A stretch of DNA of 63,682 nt, filler included, from Welwitschia mirabilis (GCA_051453625.1; 5 parts of one record of this genome joined end to end with filler, not necessarily neighbours in it), one strand, 5' to 3'. Shown: positions 1 to 13,900, counted from the first letter of the whole stretch. A program made the numbers and translations. The notes: generated by a model from the letters alone, not told the origin.

Positions 1-209
1 TCTAGAATAGTCTTGGTCATTCACTATCTTCCGAGAGTGGATTAGGGTGTATCCCAAACCACTATAAATCTTATCTTATGCATTTTTTTTGTTCTATTTT
101 TTTATTTCATTTTGTTATATCTTTTTATAGATAATCTCTTTTAAAAGTAATAATTATTTAAATTTTTTAAAAGTCTTATTCACCCCCCTCTAGGGTTAAT
201 GATCCTACA
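1..209 (+). mobile_element. 3' end of a Sirevirus-type (Ty1/copia) LTR abutting a LINE
   Basis: ATTCACCCCCCTCTAGG at 178-194, followed ~15 nt later by terminal ...CCTACA, typical of Sirevirus LTR ends; no PBS follows. Confidence 0.6.
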
Positions 210-1900
210 AAAGTCATTCATGGTAATATCTAGAGAGTTTAACATTATATGATATAGGCATTAAAGCTTTTGATCTACTTTGTAAGGGCCATACAAATTA
301 GTGATTCTTTTCTTTTTATCATTGAAGATCCAATCAATAGTAAAGTATTTGTTTCTCTTNNNNNNNNNNNNNNNNNNNNNNNNNNNNNNNNNNNNNNNNN
401 NNNNNNNNNNNNNNNNNNNNNNNNNAACCAAAATAAAGGACCAAGAGATTTTTATATAAAACAACTAATTTTTAGAGAGTCAAGCTTAGTGTCTTGAAGA
501 AGATACATAAACACTAGTAAATCCATCAAAAGACTCTGATAGTGGAAAATATTTTGGTCATTTCCAAGGCCTCTACAATTTTAGGAAATAATCATGAAAA
601 GAAGAGTTAAGATTGCTTACCATCTCGAATGTCCTCCTTTATCTCCTTTTTAATTTTGCCTTTTTGGGTATTCATTCTTATCTTTTCATGCATCTGCCCT
701 CATTCTATTAATTGCTAGCATGTCTATAATGCACTTGTCCACACTTTTTCCCCTCTATTTTTGATCCTTTCCCATTTCCATCTATGTCTACTATTAAGAC
801 TATTGGTATGACAAAGTATTTGGTGCATTGTCAATGTGCTCTGTGTACTCCTATTTGACTCTTTTACAGTCATTTTTTGTTTCTTTTTTTGCTATCTATT
901 CTGGTTCCTCTTTTGATAAAATGTCATATTTGTTTGCTTGCATGATGGAATCATTATTTGGGATTTTTTCATTTTCTTCGCATTTTAAGCATTGCAATGG
1001 AATATTTTCAATTTCAAAATTGAAGACCAATTCACCCCACATAATGTTCAGGATTTTTTTTTTTTTTTTTGCATTAAAGTTGTTTGGTTTCATATAAAAG
1101 TCATCATTTTTGCCATAAGATCTGTATTTTTGTTGAATTTAACAAACTTTTCCAAAATATCTCCAACTTGTTTGAAAAAATTAAGGTGCCATAATTTCAG
1201 ATGATGGTTTGATTGGAATCTTTTCAAAAATGAGGAGCTTATCAAGAATAAAGGAAGATCATTTAGTTAAAGAGACCTCTGCGATAAAAAAGATAGGGCC
1301 CTCCCACTAGTACCTTATTCACATCTTTTTTGATATAAAAAACCAAAGGTGATAATTCATATTCAAGAGGAATTTCCTTAAAACTTGCAGGGNNNNNNNN
1401 NNNNNNNNNNNNNNNNNNNNNNNNNNNNNNNNNNNNNNNNNNNNNNNNNNNNNNNNNNNNNNNNNNNNNNNNNNNNNNNNNNNNNNNNNNNNTAAAAAAG
1501 ATAGGGTCCTCCCACTAGTACCTTATTCATATCTTCTTTGATATAAAAAACAAAAGGTAATAATTCATATTCAAGAGGAATTACCTTACAACTTGCAGGG
1601 AATTTTTTATCACACCATAATTGCACTTTTTTAATAAAAGTATCCCTTCTAAAGATTAGAATTTACCAATGAGACTGTTTTTGAAGCGAGCCTCTAAATT
1701 CTTAAATCAGTTCACAAGCATTATTACAGGAATGATGTTGCCTTCATGCTTGAAGCCAAAGTCAAAGTTGGAAAAGCTTTGAGGCTTTCTTTCCCTTAAT
1801 GATTTAGCGTTAGATTTTGTAATAAAAGATTCTGTGCTCACTAAAGAGCCAAAAATGCTTCCACTACCTTAGACACCCTAAATCTAATTGAGTCTACCTT
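210..1900 (-). mobile_element. Degenerate L1-clade LINE (ORF1 DUF4283/zinc knuckle and start of ORF2 endonuclease)
   Basis: Minus-strand peptides FVFYIKEDMNKVLVGGPYLF (DUF4283-like), FEIENIPLQCLKC (knuckle-like) and ITNLYGPY (endonuclease-like), in LINE order; many stops. Confidence 0.65.
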
Positions 1901-2929
1901 TTTGAGTTTTCCGAGTTTGTAAGTCATTAATTACAAAACCTCCCCTGTAGGGTAGGAAAGCCAATATGAGGTCTAAGCATGTACTGCTATGCACTTTTGG
2001 GCTTTCATAGCAGATAACGCAACCAAGAAGTTAACCAAAGGGTGCATTAAATATGAATTACACCAAAAACCTTGAAATAATCTTCAGAAGATCTTCAAGG
2101 GGCAAGGCCCTTACACGGGGAAGCCATGAAAGAGATCGACACACTAGGGAATTCAAGACAAGCTAGATTTAGGCAAGAAATGCCCCTCAAACTCCTGTTG
2201 CGCTCCTTGAAATCGAACACCCTAGCTTCACTATTATGCCCTACTTCGCTTTGCTCCCATCGCTTATACTTTAATTTTTTTATAGTTTTAGACCTCTCTG
2301 ATATTAAGAGAATGTAATATTGTTGTTGAGGTGTAAGTCATTGAAAATTTTTAGATTTTAACCATTTTATACCTTGGTTAGCATTAAAAAATTTAATCTT
2401 CTTTTGTTTTTTCCCTATTTTAAATGATGACTTAAACATTTCAAGGAAAATATTGAAAATTGCAAATGAAATTACTCTTGAAAAGTTAGAAATTTTTGTT
2501 TCTTTTTGTAATATAATACATCAATTTAATTTAGCTTAAGATAAATAATGAATATAAATTTAAGTAAGGTTTCTAAGCTTATTTTAATATTTATTTTTAA
2601 GCTTGAAAACTTTGAAATTCTTTGATGTTATAAATAACCTTTTAAATTTTAATTTTTTGCATTATTTACTAAGGAACTAGTAAAACTCTAGTTATGGGAT
2701 GCTATTATACTTTAATTTTTACAATTTTGACCTCTTAAACTATAGTAAAATAAATATTTAAAGGCTATATATTACATGTTTAACATTGATATTTCAGTAG
2801 TGAAGTTTGATCCTTGTAATTATTGAAATTTTATTAAAAAAGAAAAATACTCAAATTTTATTCTACAAAACATGCTAAGCGACATGAATTTTGATTAAAG
2901 GAATTATTCCAAAGGAGGCTAGGACCATC

Positions 2930-3360
2930 ATTAAATCAATGACATAGAAGACATTCTAGAGCATAATGGGTTCCACAAAACTAAAGTAAGGATTGATAGC
3001 AAAATAATAAAATCAACTCTATAGAAAGAGATGATAGTTAAATCAAATACTTAAAAATGGAAAAAGCTTTTAAAAGAATAAGAATCTACTTGATTAATCT
3101 TAATTACTAAGCAATATTACCTTTACCACATTAAATGTACTTAGTGCATCAAGCACATCACACAACGTTAAAGATTTAATAACAAAAAAGAAAAACATAC
3201 CTTGACTACTAGAGGCATCTTTATCATAAAAAACATTTCTCATTCCTATTGTTTGATTTGCCAGTGCATTTCTCTCATTTCCCATTGAATGCACTTTGTT
3301 ATCCATGACTATGATGAAGCTTGTCTCATCACAAGACTCTTTTCTTCCCTCTTAAGAATG
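2930..3360 (-). mobile_element. Highly decayed Ty1/copia pol fragment (post-protease region)
   Basis: Minus-strand peptide ..KSLTLCDVL..NVVKVILLS resembles the copia 'L.L.DVL.VP...NLIS' region; weak. Confidence 0.35.
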
Positions 3361-4770
3361 TACAAATGATTATCTCATGAGGCAACTTCCTTACCAAGAT
3401 TAAGGGTATACTTTAGCTAAATTTCTATTTACTTTTAATGTTTGCATTATTCATTAATATAATTTAATCTATGATTAGATCTAGTTTTCATTTTAATCAT
3501 TTGTTTTATGATTACTTGAATTGTGGTAGGCCATTTTGAATGTTCTTTCATATTTATTTACTCAAGTTTGATTACCTCAATAATTTATTAGGGCTTTATT
3601 AAGACAAATAATTGATGTGTTAAAGTTTATGAAAACTTTCATGCTTTCTTATTTATTCATACATTTTATTGTAAGATGATCTATCTTTAAAAGGTGGTGA
3701 TAATTTCGTATTACAAGCTATTTTGTTTGTATTCACAACATTCAAGATTTGTTGCTTATCCATAAAAACCTCATTGTTTAATGATCTATAATTATTGGTT
3801 AAGAAAATGATAATAATTTTTGCAGTTGTCTTTAGTTAGGTATGCTTACTTGTTTGTCTTGTGAACAATCATTTTGAGTGCTCAAGAAGAGAAGTTTTCA
3901 ATTACTATTTACTTTTCACATTTCATAAAATACTCTCAATTATCTCTTTTATTCCAAGTTTAAATAATTGCAAGCTTTGAAATTCCCTTTTAATACTTTT
4001 GGAAGAACACCAATTAGGTTTTTCTGTACCAATGCATAAACTGACTATTATCTATTTTATTGTTATAAAAATGTGGTTTTTTTTCTTGTAGGGTTACTAG
4101 TTTACTTGATTGGATGAAAATCCAAAGATAAACCTTGAGTTTTAAAATTCTCTTATGATTCTTTTAGAAGAACAACAATTAGGTTTTCTGTTCTAATATA
4201 GAAACTAACTATATTAATAATTTTTATTACTACAAAAATGTATTCTTTTTCCATGTAATGTCTTCAATGTATTTGATCAGATGAAAACCCATAGATGAAC
4301 CTTGTTAGCCTTAAAGTGGGACAATAAAAATCTAGGTCTTACTTGTGAGTCATGTCCAAGACATTAAACCCAATGCCTGGGTGCATTTTGAATATATGGT
4401 AAGAACAGTGTAGAATTTAAACATAAGACATTGAAGCTTCTAATTTATAGAGATATAGTGAATCAACTACATCTGCAGTAGTCCTAGTACTAAAAATTAT
4501 TAATCAATCTTTGGGATCTAACACCTTCCCCCTAATACTAAAAATTATTAATACTCATGTTATTTTCTAAATGTGAAAAACAACTAGTACTTTTAGAAAT
4601 AAATTCATCCTCTTATGTTCTATCTATTTACAATTTAACTGGCCATGAATGAAAAGGAAAACCTAAAAACTCAAAAAGAAATTATACTTAAAAATGCAAC
4701 TAGATTTCTTTCTAACCTTAATTTACCCCCACATGTTTTGTCCTAGTTAATGGTAAGAAGTTAAACAACA

Positions 4771-4994
4771 AGACTTTTATCATGCTAAGGTAATCTTGCC
4801 ATTCTTGTTGTTTCATACCCTTAGGCTTATAAGTTTTTCAGAAATGATCTTTTACATAATAAAAATCTTCAAGTAGGAAGTGAGACTTTTATCATGCTAA
4901 GGTAATCTTGCCATTCTTGTTGTTTCATGCCCTTAGGTTTATAAGTTTTTCAGAAATGATCTTTTACATAATAAAAATCTTCAAGTAGGACGTG
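4771..4994. repeat. Near-perfect direct tandem duplication, 2 x 112 bp
   Basis: AGACTTTTATCATGCTAAGG...AAGTAGGA(A/C)GTG at 4771 and 4883, about 3 mismatches. Confidence 0.9.
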
Positions 4995-5089
4995 AAGCTA
5001 CTTAAAGCCTAAGAAACATATTGAGGATAAGGCTATTTAGTTTCTAATGCAACTCCTATTCTTGAAAAGCTAACACTTCCATTTTTAGA

Positions 5090-5961
5090 ATTGTATCAAC
5101 CACTATATATCCACTTATAACTTAAAAAGGAAAAAAAGGAAACGATGGTACTTGGAAGTAGTGTATCAAACACTATATATCCATTTGTAACTTAACTAAG
5201 AAAAATAAAAAAATAANNNNNNNNNNNNNNNNNNNNNNNNNNNNNNNNNNNNNNNNNNNNNNNNNNNNNNNNNNNNNNNNNNNNNNNNNNNNNNNNNNNN
5301 NNNNNNNNNNNNNNNNNNNNNNNNNNNNNNNNNNNNNNNNNNNNNNNNNNNNNNNNNNNNNNNNNNNNNNNNNNNNNNNNNNNNNNNNNNNNNNNNNNNN
5401 NNNNNNNNNNNNNNNNNNNNNNNNNNNNNNNNNNNNNNNNNNNNNNNNNNNNNNNNNNNNNNNNNNNNNNNNNNNNNNNNNNNNNNNNNNNNNNNNNNNN
5501 NNNNNNNNNNNNNNNNNNNNNNNNNNNNNNNNNNNNNNNNNNNNNNNNNNNNNNNNNNNNNNNNNNNNNNNNNNNNNNNNNNNNNNNNNNNNNNNNNNNN
5601 NNNNNNNNNNNNNNNNNNNNNNNNNNNNNNNNNNNNNNNNNNNNNNNNNNNNNNNNNNNNNNNNNNNNNNNNNNNNNNNNNNNNNNNNNNNNNNNNNNNN
5701 NNNNNNNNNNNNNNNNNNNNNNNNNNNNNNNNNNNNNNNNNNNNNNNNNNNNNNNNNNNNNNNNNNNNNNNNNNNNNNNNNNNNNNNNNNNNNNNNNNNN
5801 NNNNNNNNNNNNNNNNNNNNNNNNNNNNNNNNNNNNNNNNNNNNNNNNNNNNNNNNNNNNNNNNNNNNNNNNNNNNNNNNNNNNNNNNNNNNNNNNNNNN
5901 NNNNNNNNNNNNNNNNNNNNNNNNNTATATATCCATTTGTAACTTAACTAAGAAAAATAAA

Positions 5962-6002
<41 letters not shown>

Positions 6003-6070
6003 ATATCCATTTGTAACTTAACTAAGAAAAATAAAAAAATATAAGTGAGAGAGAGAGAGAGAGAATTGAT
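5090..6070. repeat. Minisatellite (~70-bp unit with TATATATCCATTTGTAACTTAACTAAG and (GA)n) spanning an N gap
   Basis: Unit recurs at ~5103, 5173, 5927 and 6000, with GA microsatellites. Confidence 0.75.
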
Positions 6071-6714
6071 ACTTGGAATTTTGCAAAGAAGAAACCCACA
6101 TGAACATAATAATAATGGAAGGGCTATATTCAAAATTCTTAGAGAGAGTACATTGTTTTTAAGCTTCTAAAGATATAATAACAAAAAAAAACATTTTTAA
6201 AACTAAAAATAAAATTATAATCTAAGCATCACACCAACATCGTCCGCAATGCCAAGAGCTCTACCCAACTATCTTAATTATAAGGGTCATGAAGTTAAAC
6301 AAAAGCCAATTTAAAAAAGATTAAAGAAATATTTATAGCTTAGGGATTTTTTAATAAATATATCTCTTAAAATTTTCAAAGTAAGGTGGGTCTGTGATCT
6401 TATTATCATTTCTATCTTCCTATAGTGGTGGGCTCAGGGGGCTTATTATCACCCTTAAACTCTCCTAACACTTATAGGGTGGGCCTTGAGAGAGCTTATC
6501 AACCACCCAAACTATCTCCATGGTTGTGGGTTTTTTTTTTCTTTAAATTATTTTTTCTTCTTGATGAAAGTGATACTGCTCCCTTAATTTCTTATTGTCA
6601 AAACATATTTTAAAATACTTTAACTTCATTTTACTAAACCATATAATTCTCCAGTGCTGAGACGTTGAAAACAATAGGTAATAGAACATTCTGGGTTAAT
6701 TATAGGTGAAACAA

Positions 6715-7855
6715 AGTGTCAAGAACATGCCGCGTGGTCGCCGGCGAAAGGGGGCCGTGTGAGCCGTTGAAATTGGGGAAGTGAGTTAGCACTGCGTTTC
6801 CTATTTGTCGTAGAGTGTCGCATCCACGATTCAGGTGCTTTGCGCCACGGTCTTAGGGTTCAAATTTCCGCTAGAGTCCAAAAAACTTTTGAAACTAACA
6901 GAGAGAGAGTGCGGATGGGCATGCAACGCCAGAACAGATCTGGAGACGTAAAAATAGGTGTCTTCCTGTAAACTCGCGGAAAGGAGCGAACGTCATTCGT
7001 TTGAACGCCGACGCGAGACCGTGACATGTGAAGCTTTCATTAGGTAATCGGATAAACACTTCGTTGTTCGATTGTTACGTTTTTTTTTTTTTTATAACTT
7101 TTCTTTTNNNNNNNNNNNNNNNNNNNNNNNNNNNNNNNNNNNNNNNNNNNNNNNNNNNNNNNNNNNNNNNNNNNNNNNNNNNNNNNNNNNNNNNNNNNNN
7201 NNNNNNNTATAACTTTTCTTTTCTTTCTTTTTTATTTTTTAGCTCGTGAAACTTTGAATCGAATTGTTCGCGTAAAGCTGTTTGAAAGGTCTGTCTTTCC
7301 TTCTATTTATTATCCGGTGCCTTCGCCTTTTATGCTCTTTCTTTTGCTTCCGCTTCTTTCGTGGCGCTGCTTCGTGTGTTCGCTTAAGCATAGGCTTCTT
7401 TTCTTTGGGATTGATGCAATTTTGATGCTTAGAACATTAGCTGAAGAGGCGAGGGGCATTTAGCGGTGATTCGTGTTTGTAGTTCGTGGATTTTGGTGAG
7501 CATCCACCCCAAAAGCTCGCCTTTAATCTTGTGGAGATTTTTCTGCTTTTCTTCGTTTTCGACTTGTGCGCATCGATCATCCACCGCCTTCTAACAATAG
7601 TTCTTAGGTTTCAAAGGTATATTGGACTATTTTAAGAAAATTTGAAATAACTTACGTATTTCTTTAGGAAGGTTGTCCGTTCCTTCAGGGGTTTTGATCT
7701 TGCTGGTACTTTTTAATCTCATCGGAAGATGTTGCATGCAGGTCTTTTGCTCCTACGCTTCCAGAGGCGTCTGGTCCAGGCTGGGTGCGGGGCTTCCTTC
7801 GATTCCGTTTCATTTCTGTTTTGCTATGATGAAATAAGGCATCTTCACTCTTAGC
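6715..7855 (+). promoter_or_regulatory. CpG-rich promoter/5' UTR region, probably of the WNK gene; possible UTR intron 7617-7741
   Basis: Abrupt rise in CG dinucleotides (GCCGCGTGGTCGCCGGCG, GAGCCGTTG), GA and pyrimidine tracts, AAG|GTAT donor and TGCAG|G acceptor, against CG-depleted flanks. Confidence 0.55.
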
Positions 7856-7886
7856 ATGGACGATCGCTGGAGTGGAGAGGGGAATT
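7856..7886 (+). CDS. WNK: Putative start of WNK exon 1 (MDDRWSGEGN...), running into an N gap
   Basis: ATG follows a CpG-rich promoter/UTR-like region. The WNK model lacks its usual first exon (typically ending ..DPTGRYGR), and I saw no other candidate between 7990 and 14940, which is TE-derived. Confidence 0.45.
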
Positions 7887-7986
7887 NNNNNNNNNNNNNN
7901 NNNNNNNNNNNNNNNNNNNNNNNNNNNNNNNNNNNNNNNNNNNNNNNNNNNNNNNNNNNNNNNNNNNNNNNNNNNNNNNNNNNNNN

Positions 7987-8145
7987 TGTAAGAACCTATG
8001 TGGCCAAGAAGAAATCTTAGTGCATGTTAAAGCCTGTGTGGCCAAGAAGAAATCGTAAGTGGATAAGAGTCTGCGTGGCCAAAAAGAAACCCTAAGTGGA
8101 TATAAGAGCCTGTGAAGCCAAAAAAAAGTTGCCTTAGTGGCTAAA
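7987..8145. repeat. Degenerate tandem repeat, ~4 x 37-39 bp
   Basis: Units like AGAGCCTGTGTGGCCAAGAAGAAATCCTAAGTGGATA. Confidence 0.7.
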
Positions 8146-9054
8146 CCATTAATATTGCCTAAGTGCCTTTATTTGTCGAATTATCAAATTTGTAAATCAG
8201 AATTATAAATCACTATATTTATAATATTTATTTGTGCCCTTTTACCTTGATCATTTTAAATCCTTGTGGTACTCTGGGATCCATAACATTTATTTATGCT
8301 TGTTTAGCTTGATCATTTTAAATCCTTGTGGTACTTTGGGACCCACCATATTCAAAACAATTACCTACCTAATTTTAATTAGAAGAATTTCAAAGGAAGA
8401 AAAAGGAGAAAGAGCTCAATTAGCACAAATACAAGGAAAATTAGTTGGTAGTACTTGTTATTCAACTAAGAAGGTCATGGACACAATGCAAATGTAAAAG
8501 GAGAAGGAAAAGCAAACTACCATTGGTCGTCATGAGTGGAAAAGTGAAGTTTTGGCAAGTTCATGTAGCATTACATCATACTGTAGACCAATGTTGAGTG
8601 TGGTAAGGAACTTGTAATTTTCAAGTTTTTTAGCTTCTTTTGAATTCTAGAAAATATCATTTTTAAGTAAAAATTTTCGACATGAATTGATCATAAGTCC
8701 TGGAACCAAACAAGCTATTGAGGGCATGGGATGCTACACAAAAAGTATCATGGATATGCAGACAATAAGGTAGCAAACTTCTTCAATAGATTTTGCATCT
8801 AAAGTGCCTCAGTACAATCTTTCTATGCCAACACAACCTTCATTAGAACGCTTGAACCATTCTAATTTCATGTTCTGCCAATTCTGTTTATCATACATAT
8901 TCTTTGCATTTTGGCATCATCACTTGTATGTATGCTGCACAAAAAATGATACAAGCGTCCATAAAGGGCTCCACTTATGCTAGGACACTTTGATCTAGTC
9001 TACTCTTCTTTGTTCCTCTGTAGGGGATGTTCCTCGCAAAACCCTAACCAACCT

Positions 9055-9760
9055 TGATTTCGAATACTAGTTGTTGCAACTTCATGCAACAAAAACATAA
9101 AAACAAGCAAAAAGAATAGGACATAGTAACAAGGAATATTTAAAGGTAGAAATCACAAGAATGGTGTAGGGTTCTTCGTTACTACTCCAAGTTGTGAAAC
9201 CCAATGAAACAAGTCATCCTAATCTCCTTCTCTAATTTGTGTGTAATTTTTGTTTCATGGAACAACAAGACCTATTATGATGCTCTTCCTACATTTATTA
9301 GGCATCTTCCTAAACTATAATATCAAGTTAAAGAGCATATTGAATTAAATAATAAAAATACCTATCGTGATGCTCTTCCCACAATTACTAGGCATCTTCC
9401 TCAACTATAATATCAAGTTGAATTGCTTAGTTGGTCAAATAATCCTTGCCTATCCCATAACATTTCACACTTCTATGGTTATCAAATCTCATCCAAAAGC
9501 TTTTCCTTTCTTCATCTACTATGCTTGCTATTCTTGTTTTCTAAAACAAAAATGAGCAGCCATAATGATGCTCTTCCTATCTTTTCTGGGCATCTATTTA
9601 AACTCTAATACCAACTAAAAGAGCCTAGATAATCAAGTGGTCCTTTTCTCTCCCAAAGTGTTCCTAGCACCTCAAGTTATCCCATCTAGTTCAGAAGCTT
9701 TTCCATTCTCCATCCCTATGCATGGTGTCTAAGTTCAGTCAATGGAACATATTCAATAGC
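9055..9760 (-). mobile_element. Possible old LTR with decayed PBS and internal tandem repeats
   Basis: GAATACTAGTTGTTG resembles the PBS/LTR junction GATACTAGTTGTT at 23138; GATGCTCTTCC...GGCATCT..TAAACT.TAATA motif repeated at ~9279, 9369 and 9567. Confidence 0.35.
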
Positions 9761-9869
9761 AACCCTTAATTTGATAATCATCTTCTAGTTCTAGTACCGT
9801 TCTAGATTCGTCATTCACTAACTTCTTATTAATTCATGATTTTACTTCCCTTACCCCAAACCTTTTTAC

Positions 9870-10760
9870 ATCTTAGATTATTGATGTCGTTACTTTCCTT
9901 TCTTTAAGCTCCATAAGTTCATAGATAGCTTTATCATTGTTTATTTCTAAGCAATTATAATCTTCATCATAACCATTATGCTTAGCTTTATTGTCTTCTA
10001 AGTCTTCTTTTTGTTTTTTTATTAACTCTTCAAACTTTCCATATTTTATATATTTGACATCCCTTAAAGGAAGTGATGCAGCACAACTTAGCATGCTAAT
10101 CAACATAGCTAATGAAAAGAAGTGTGTAGCTTCTAGAATATCTTTAGTATATGTGGATTTTGGAATTCTATGCTTTACATCTTTAGGCACTTTTATATAG
10201 AGACGATGTTGAATGATATATTAGAATTATATACACTACTTTGATGATCATAGTCTCAATGTTTGTCTTATCATGCTAGAAGCAATTGTAATGGCACTGC
10301 ATTAACGCATCCCTCTAATGTGTTTCATTAGAAAGAGTCGTCGTTGCTTGGGGAAAAGGGACCTTTAGACTCTTTTATCTTTTTGTTAATTAATGGAATG
10401 CAATTTTTCTTTAGTTTCTTTAATAAGTCTCTCTATTACTTGAGCTCTTTAATGCAACTTAATGTTGTTTTATAACTATTATCCATCACATGATAGAGCA
10501 CTATCAAGGGTTTTTATAATCCATTTCATTTTGTATCCAACTACATTTTTCACTTGGGGCACTACCAAATATCCAATTAGTTGTCTTTAGTAATTTAGTT
10601 TCTTTTGAAGCACTTAGCGTTGAAAGTTTAGTCATTTAAACTTAATCATTTCCACAATCTAGATTAAAGCTAGTCTTAATTAAATTTTTGTTGTGAGTTA
10701 TCAATTCTATTGTTTGTATTATATCAAAAATAATGTAAAACTAACTCGACAACATAGTAA
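9870..10760 (-). mobile_element. Decayed hAT-like transposase remnant
   Basis: Minus-strand LAMLISMLSCAAS followed by a Lys/Glu-rich tail (hAT dimerisation-like), and upstream KPLIVLYHVMD; weak. Confidence 0.35.
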
Positions 10761-10922
10761 ATTATCTATTATTATTGATAAAATATCATCACTATATATG
10801 GGAAATAACTTGCAAAGGCACCACCTAAGCACAAAACATCTTGCATAGAACAAATAGTTGGCCTCTGCAATGACCTCATCATTGCCACTCCTAGTAGCAA
10901 GTCTTCGCTCTAATGAACCTTT

Positions 10923-13900
10923 TGTTGTAAAGTAAAGACAAAGTCTCTTTTTATTCCCTTGTTTGTCATATTTTTATGTTGACCTTATTTAATTGTAAAA
11001 GGTGGAATTAATTATAAAAATCACCTTGGGGTATGTGTTTATTGTTACCTTGTGGTGGGTGCTTATTCAAGGGAATATAATGGTTAGGAGAAGTTATTCT
11101 TGGTTTTATTCCCTAAGAACTTCTCTCCTATATAGATGCCCGTTAAGCCGTGGAGGGTAGAGAGTCTATTGTCCTTCACAACCATTTTTGGATTCTCGAA
11201 AGCTTTTGTCTACTAATAAGAGCTCTGTAGAATGTAGGCAAGAAAGAGGCCAAACCTCTTTAATTCTTTTGTGTGCTTTTGCTTTTGTTTCTATTCGCAA
11301 TTGTTTATCTGGCTTTATGTTGCATTCGTTTCATAACAATTGGTAGCAGAGCAATTTGCTTCTATGAAGAGTTCGAGTTTGACATGCTTTGGTTCAACAA
11401 TAAAGAGATTGCAAACAACTGAGCATTTAACTAGTGCTCAGAATTGATAAATTTGAAAGATTCTAATGAAGGATCTACTGATGCAAAAGAAATGGAAGAC
11501 TATTGGCAAAGACAAAACATTCTGCAATGGATGAAGGAGCAAGTTAGTAGATTAACGACACAAAACTGCATTGCTAAATCAAACATTCTGCAAGGGACAA
11601 AGAAGCATGGTAGACAATTAATGACATACCCCTAGCCCTAGTTCATACCTATCTTAGTAACAATCTACTCAGCACATATGCATTAGAGAGGAATGTGAAT
11701 GAGTTGACGAACTATCCAGTCTGAATATCTTCTATATTTTAAATAAGGCTTGTGACTACAAGTTGAAGGAGGATGCTTCATTAAACCCTCATCTGGATGA
11801 GATGGAAGGATTGTATACATAACTTGATAATTTACAGTTTGATTTTTCTAAAAGTTTGAGATGTTTTCTGGTAATATCTTAGTTAGCAATATGTAATCAC
11901 TACATTTATCGCAAAAAATCCCAAGCTGACTTGGGATAAAACTATTGCCACTTTGTTGGATATTAAGCAAGATAAAAAGAGCGTGTTTGCTACGAAAACC
12001 CCTAGTGAAGCTTTGTTTAGAGAGCGAGGTCAGTCTAAAAGGACCTCATGGCATTGCTAAGAGCGAAGCTAAGTTAAGGACACAGAATGTTGTTTGGTTT
12101 ACTGCAAAAAGAAAGGCCACAGGAAGAGGGATTACTACATGTTGAAAAAGAAGATCCAAGGGATCAAAAAGAAGGATGGAAAGTCTAGTCTCCCTATCAG
12201 TCAAACCAGAATGATGAAGAGGTTGTGATCACTCTCATTGCTCATTCAAGAGGAGTTGCAGTCTCCTAGCTCTCATGATGTTTGGATTCTAGATTGAAGC
12301 ACTTCATATCATGTCTGTCCACACTGAAATATTCATATCCTATAAGGCAGTCTCCATCAGTGCTGTTTATTTAGGAGATCACCAGACATGCATGATCAAA
12401 TGCATTAGATGTGTGAAGTTGAGGTGTGCAAATGGGTTGATCTTCACTCTGCAGAATGTCAGATAGATGCCCACAGTGACAAAGAATCTCAGCTCTGCTA
12501 ATGAATTGGATGAAGATGGTTGTACAGCCACACTTTGAAGCCCCGACTAGAAGATAGCCAACAAAGCCATAGTGTTGTCATGTGGCAAGAAAGAGCAATC
12601 CATGTACAATTTGCGAGCAAAACCCCTCTATGCAAACATTACAGTGGGGCAGGAGAATAGCATAGATTTATGGCACCGCAGATTGAGACATTTAAGCGAA
12701 TATGATCTCAAGGCTCTTATGTCAAAGAATCTACTACCCATAGTAACCTCAATTGCTCTTGGACTTTTGTTCTACCTATACAGTAGGTACACGAAAGAAA
12801 AAATAAAGATAAGAACTTAGAAGAAAATTTCAGCATAGAAAGCCATTTGTTGTCAGATTTGATTCATTCTGCTTTAGTAGGACCAACAAATCCTATTTCT
12901 GAGCAGTACCTCATATTTCATTCTGCTTGTGAATGATCATTATAGAAGTTTATGGTAATATCCCCTAAAATTAGAAGACAAGATCCTTCATGCTTTTAAA
13001 AATTTAAATCTTCAGTTGAAAACAAAATAGGCAAGAAAATAAAACATTTGCTAGCTGATAACATTGGTGAATTTTGCTCATTGTAGTTTGAGAAGTTTTG
13101 CAGGGAAATAGGAAGTGTTCACAAAAAAATAGTTCTTGGTACAACCCAACAGAATAGGGTTGCCGAAAGACACAACAGAACCATCATGCAAAGGGTTAAA
13201 ACTTTAATGTCTAAATCAGGAGTTCTCAAGAAGTTGTGGGCAAAGGTGGCAAATACAGTTGTATTCTCGTTGAACAAGTCACCACATAAAGCTTTAAGCG
13301 AAAAGCTTGGTAACTAAAGGCTTTAAGCAAAAGCCTGGAATTGACTTTACTAAAATATTCTCATCTGTAGTAAAACATGCTTTCATTTGCATCATATTAT
13401 CTTACATGTTTTAATTTGGAATTGGAGCACTTGAACATTACAACTATTTTTCTGCAATACAACTTAACAGAGGTGGATGCCAATTCTTGACTTGTGTATA
13501 GATTGAGAGAGAGCTTGCATGGCTTGAAAGAAGCTCCTGGACAGTTGTAGAAGAAATTTGATTCTTTTATGCAGAAGCAACGATATTCTAGCTGTGAAGT
13601 TGGTCACTGCGTGTATTTAAATGGCTCAACCTCATACATTTAAATGGCTCAATGACATGCAAAATTGCTATCCTATTACTCTACATTAAGGATATGACAA
13701 TAGCAGGAAACCATGTAGATGACATTAGAAGGTTGAAATCTCATATGGCAAGGCATTTTGTAAGTAAATATCTGGGTCCTGCCAAAAAAAAAAAAAAAAT
13801 TTTCTCAAGACAAGAATTCAGAGATACAAAAGGAGTTGAAAGTTATGGTTGAGTCAGCCCAATTATGTTGGTAAAGTGCTAGAACGTTTTCATATGCAAA

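Noticed and set aside
7987..8145. ~37-bp repeats superficially like a CRISPR array
   Set aside because: Units are directly adjacent and degenerate, with no unique spacers or cas genes, in a eukaryotic context.
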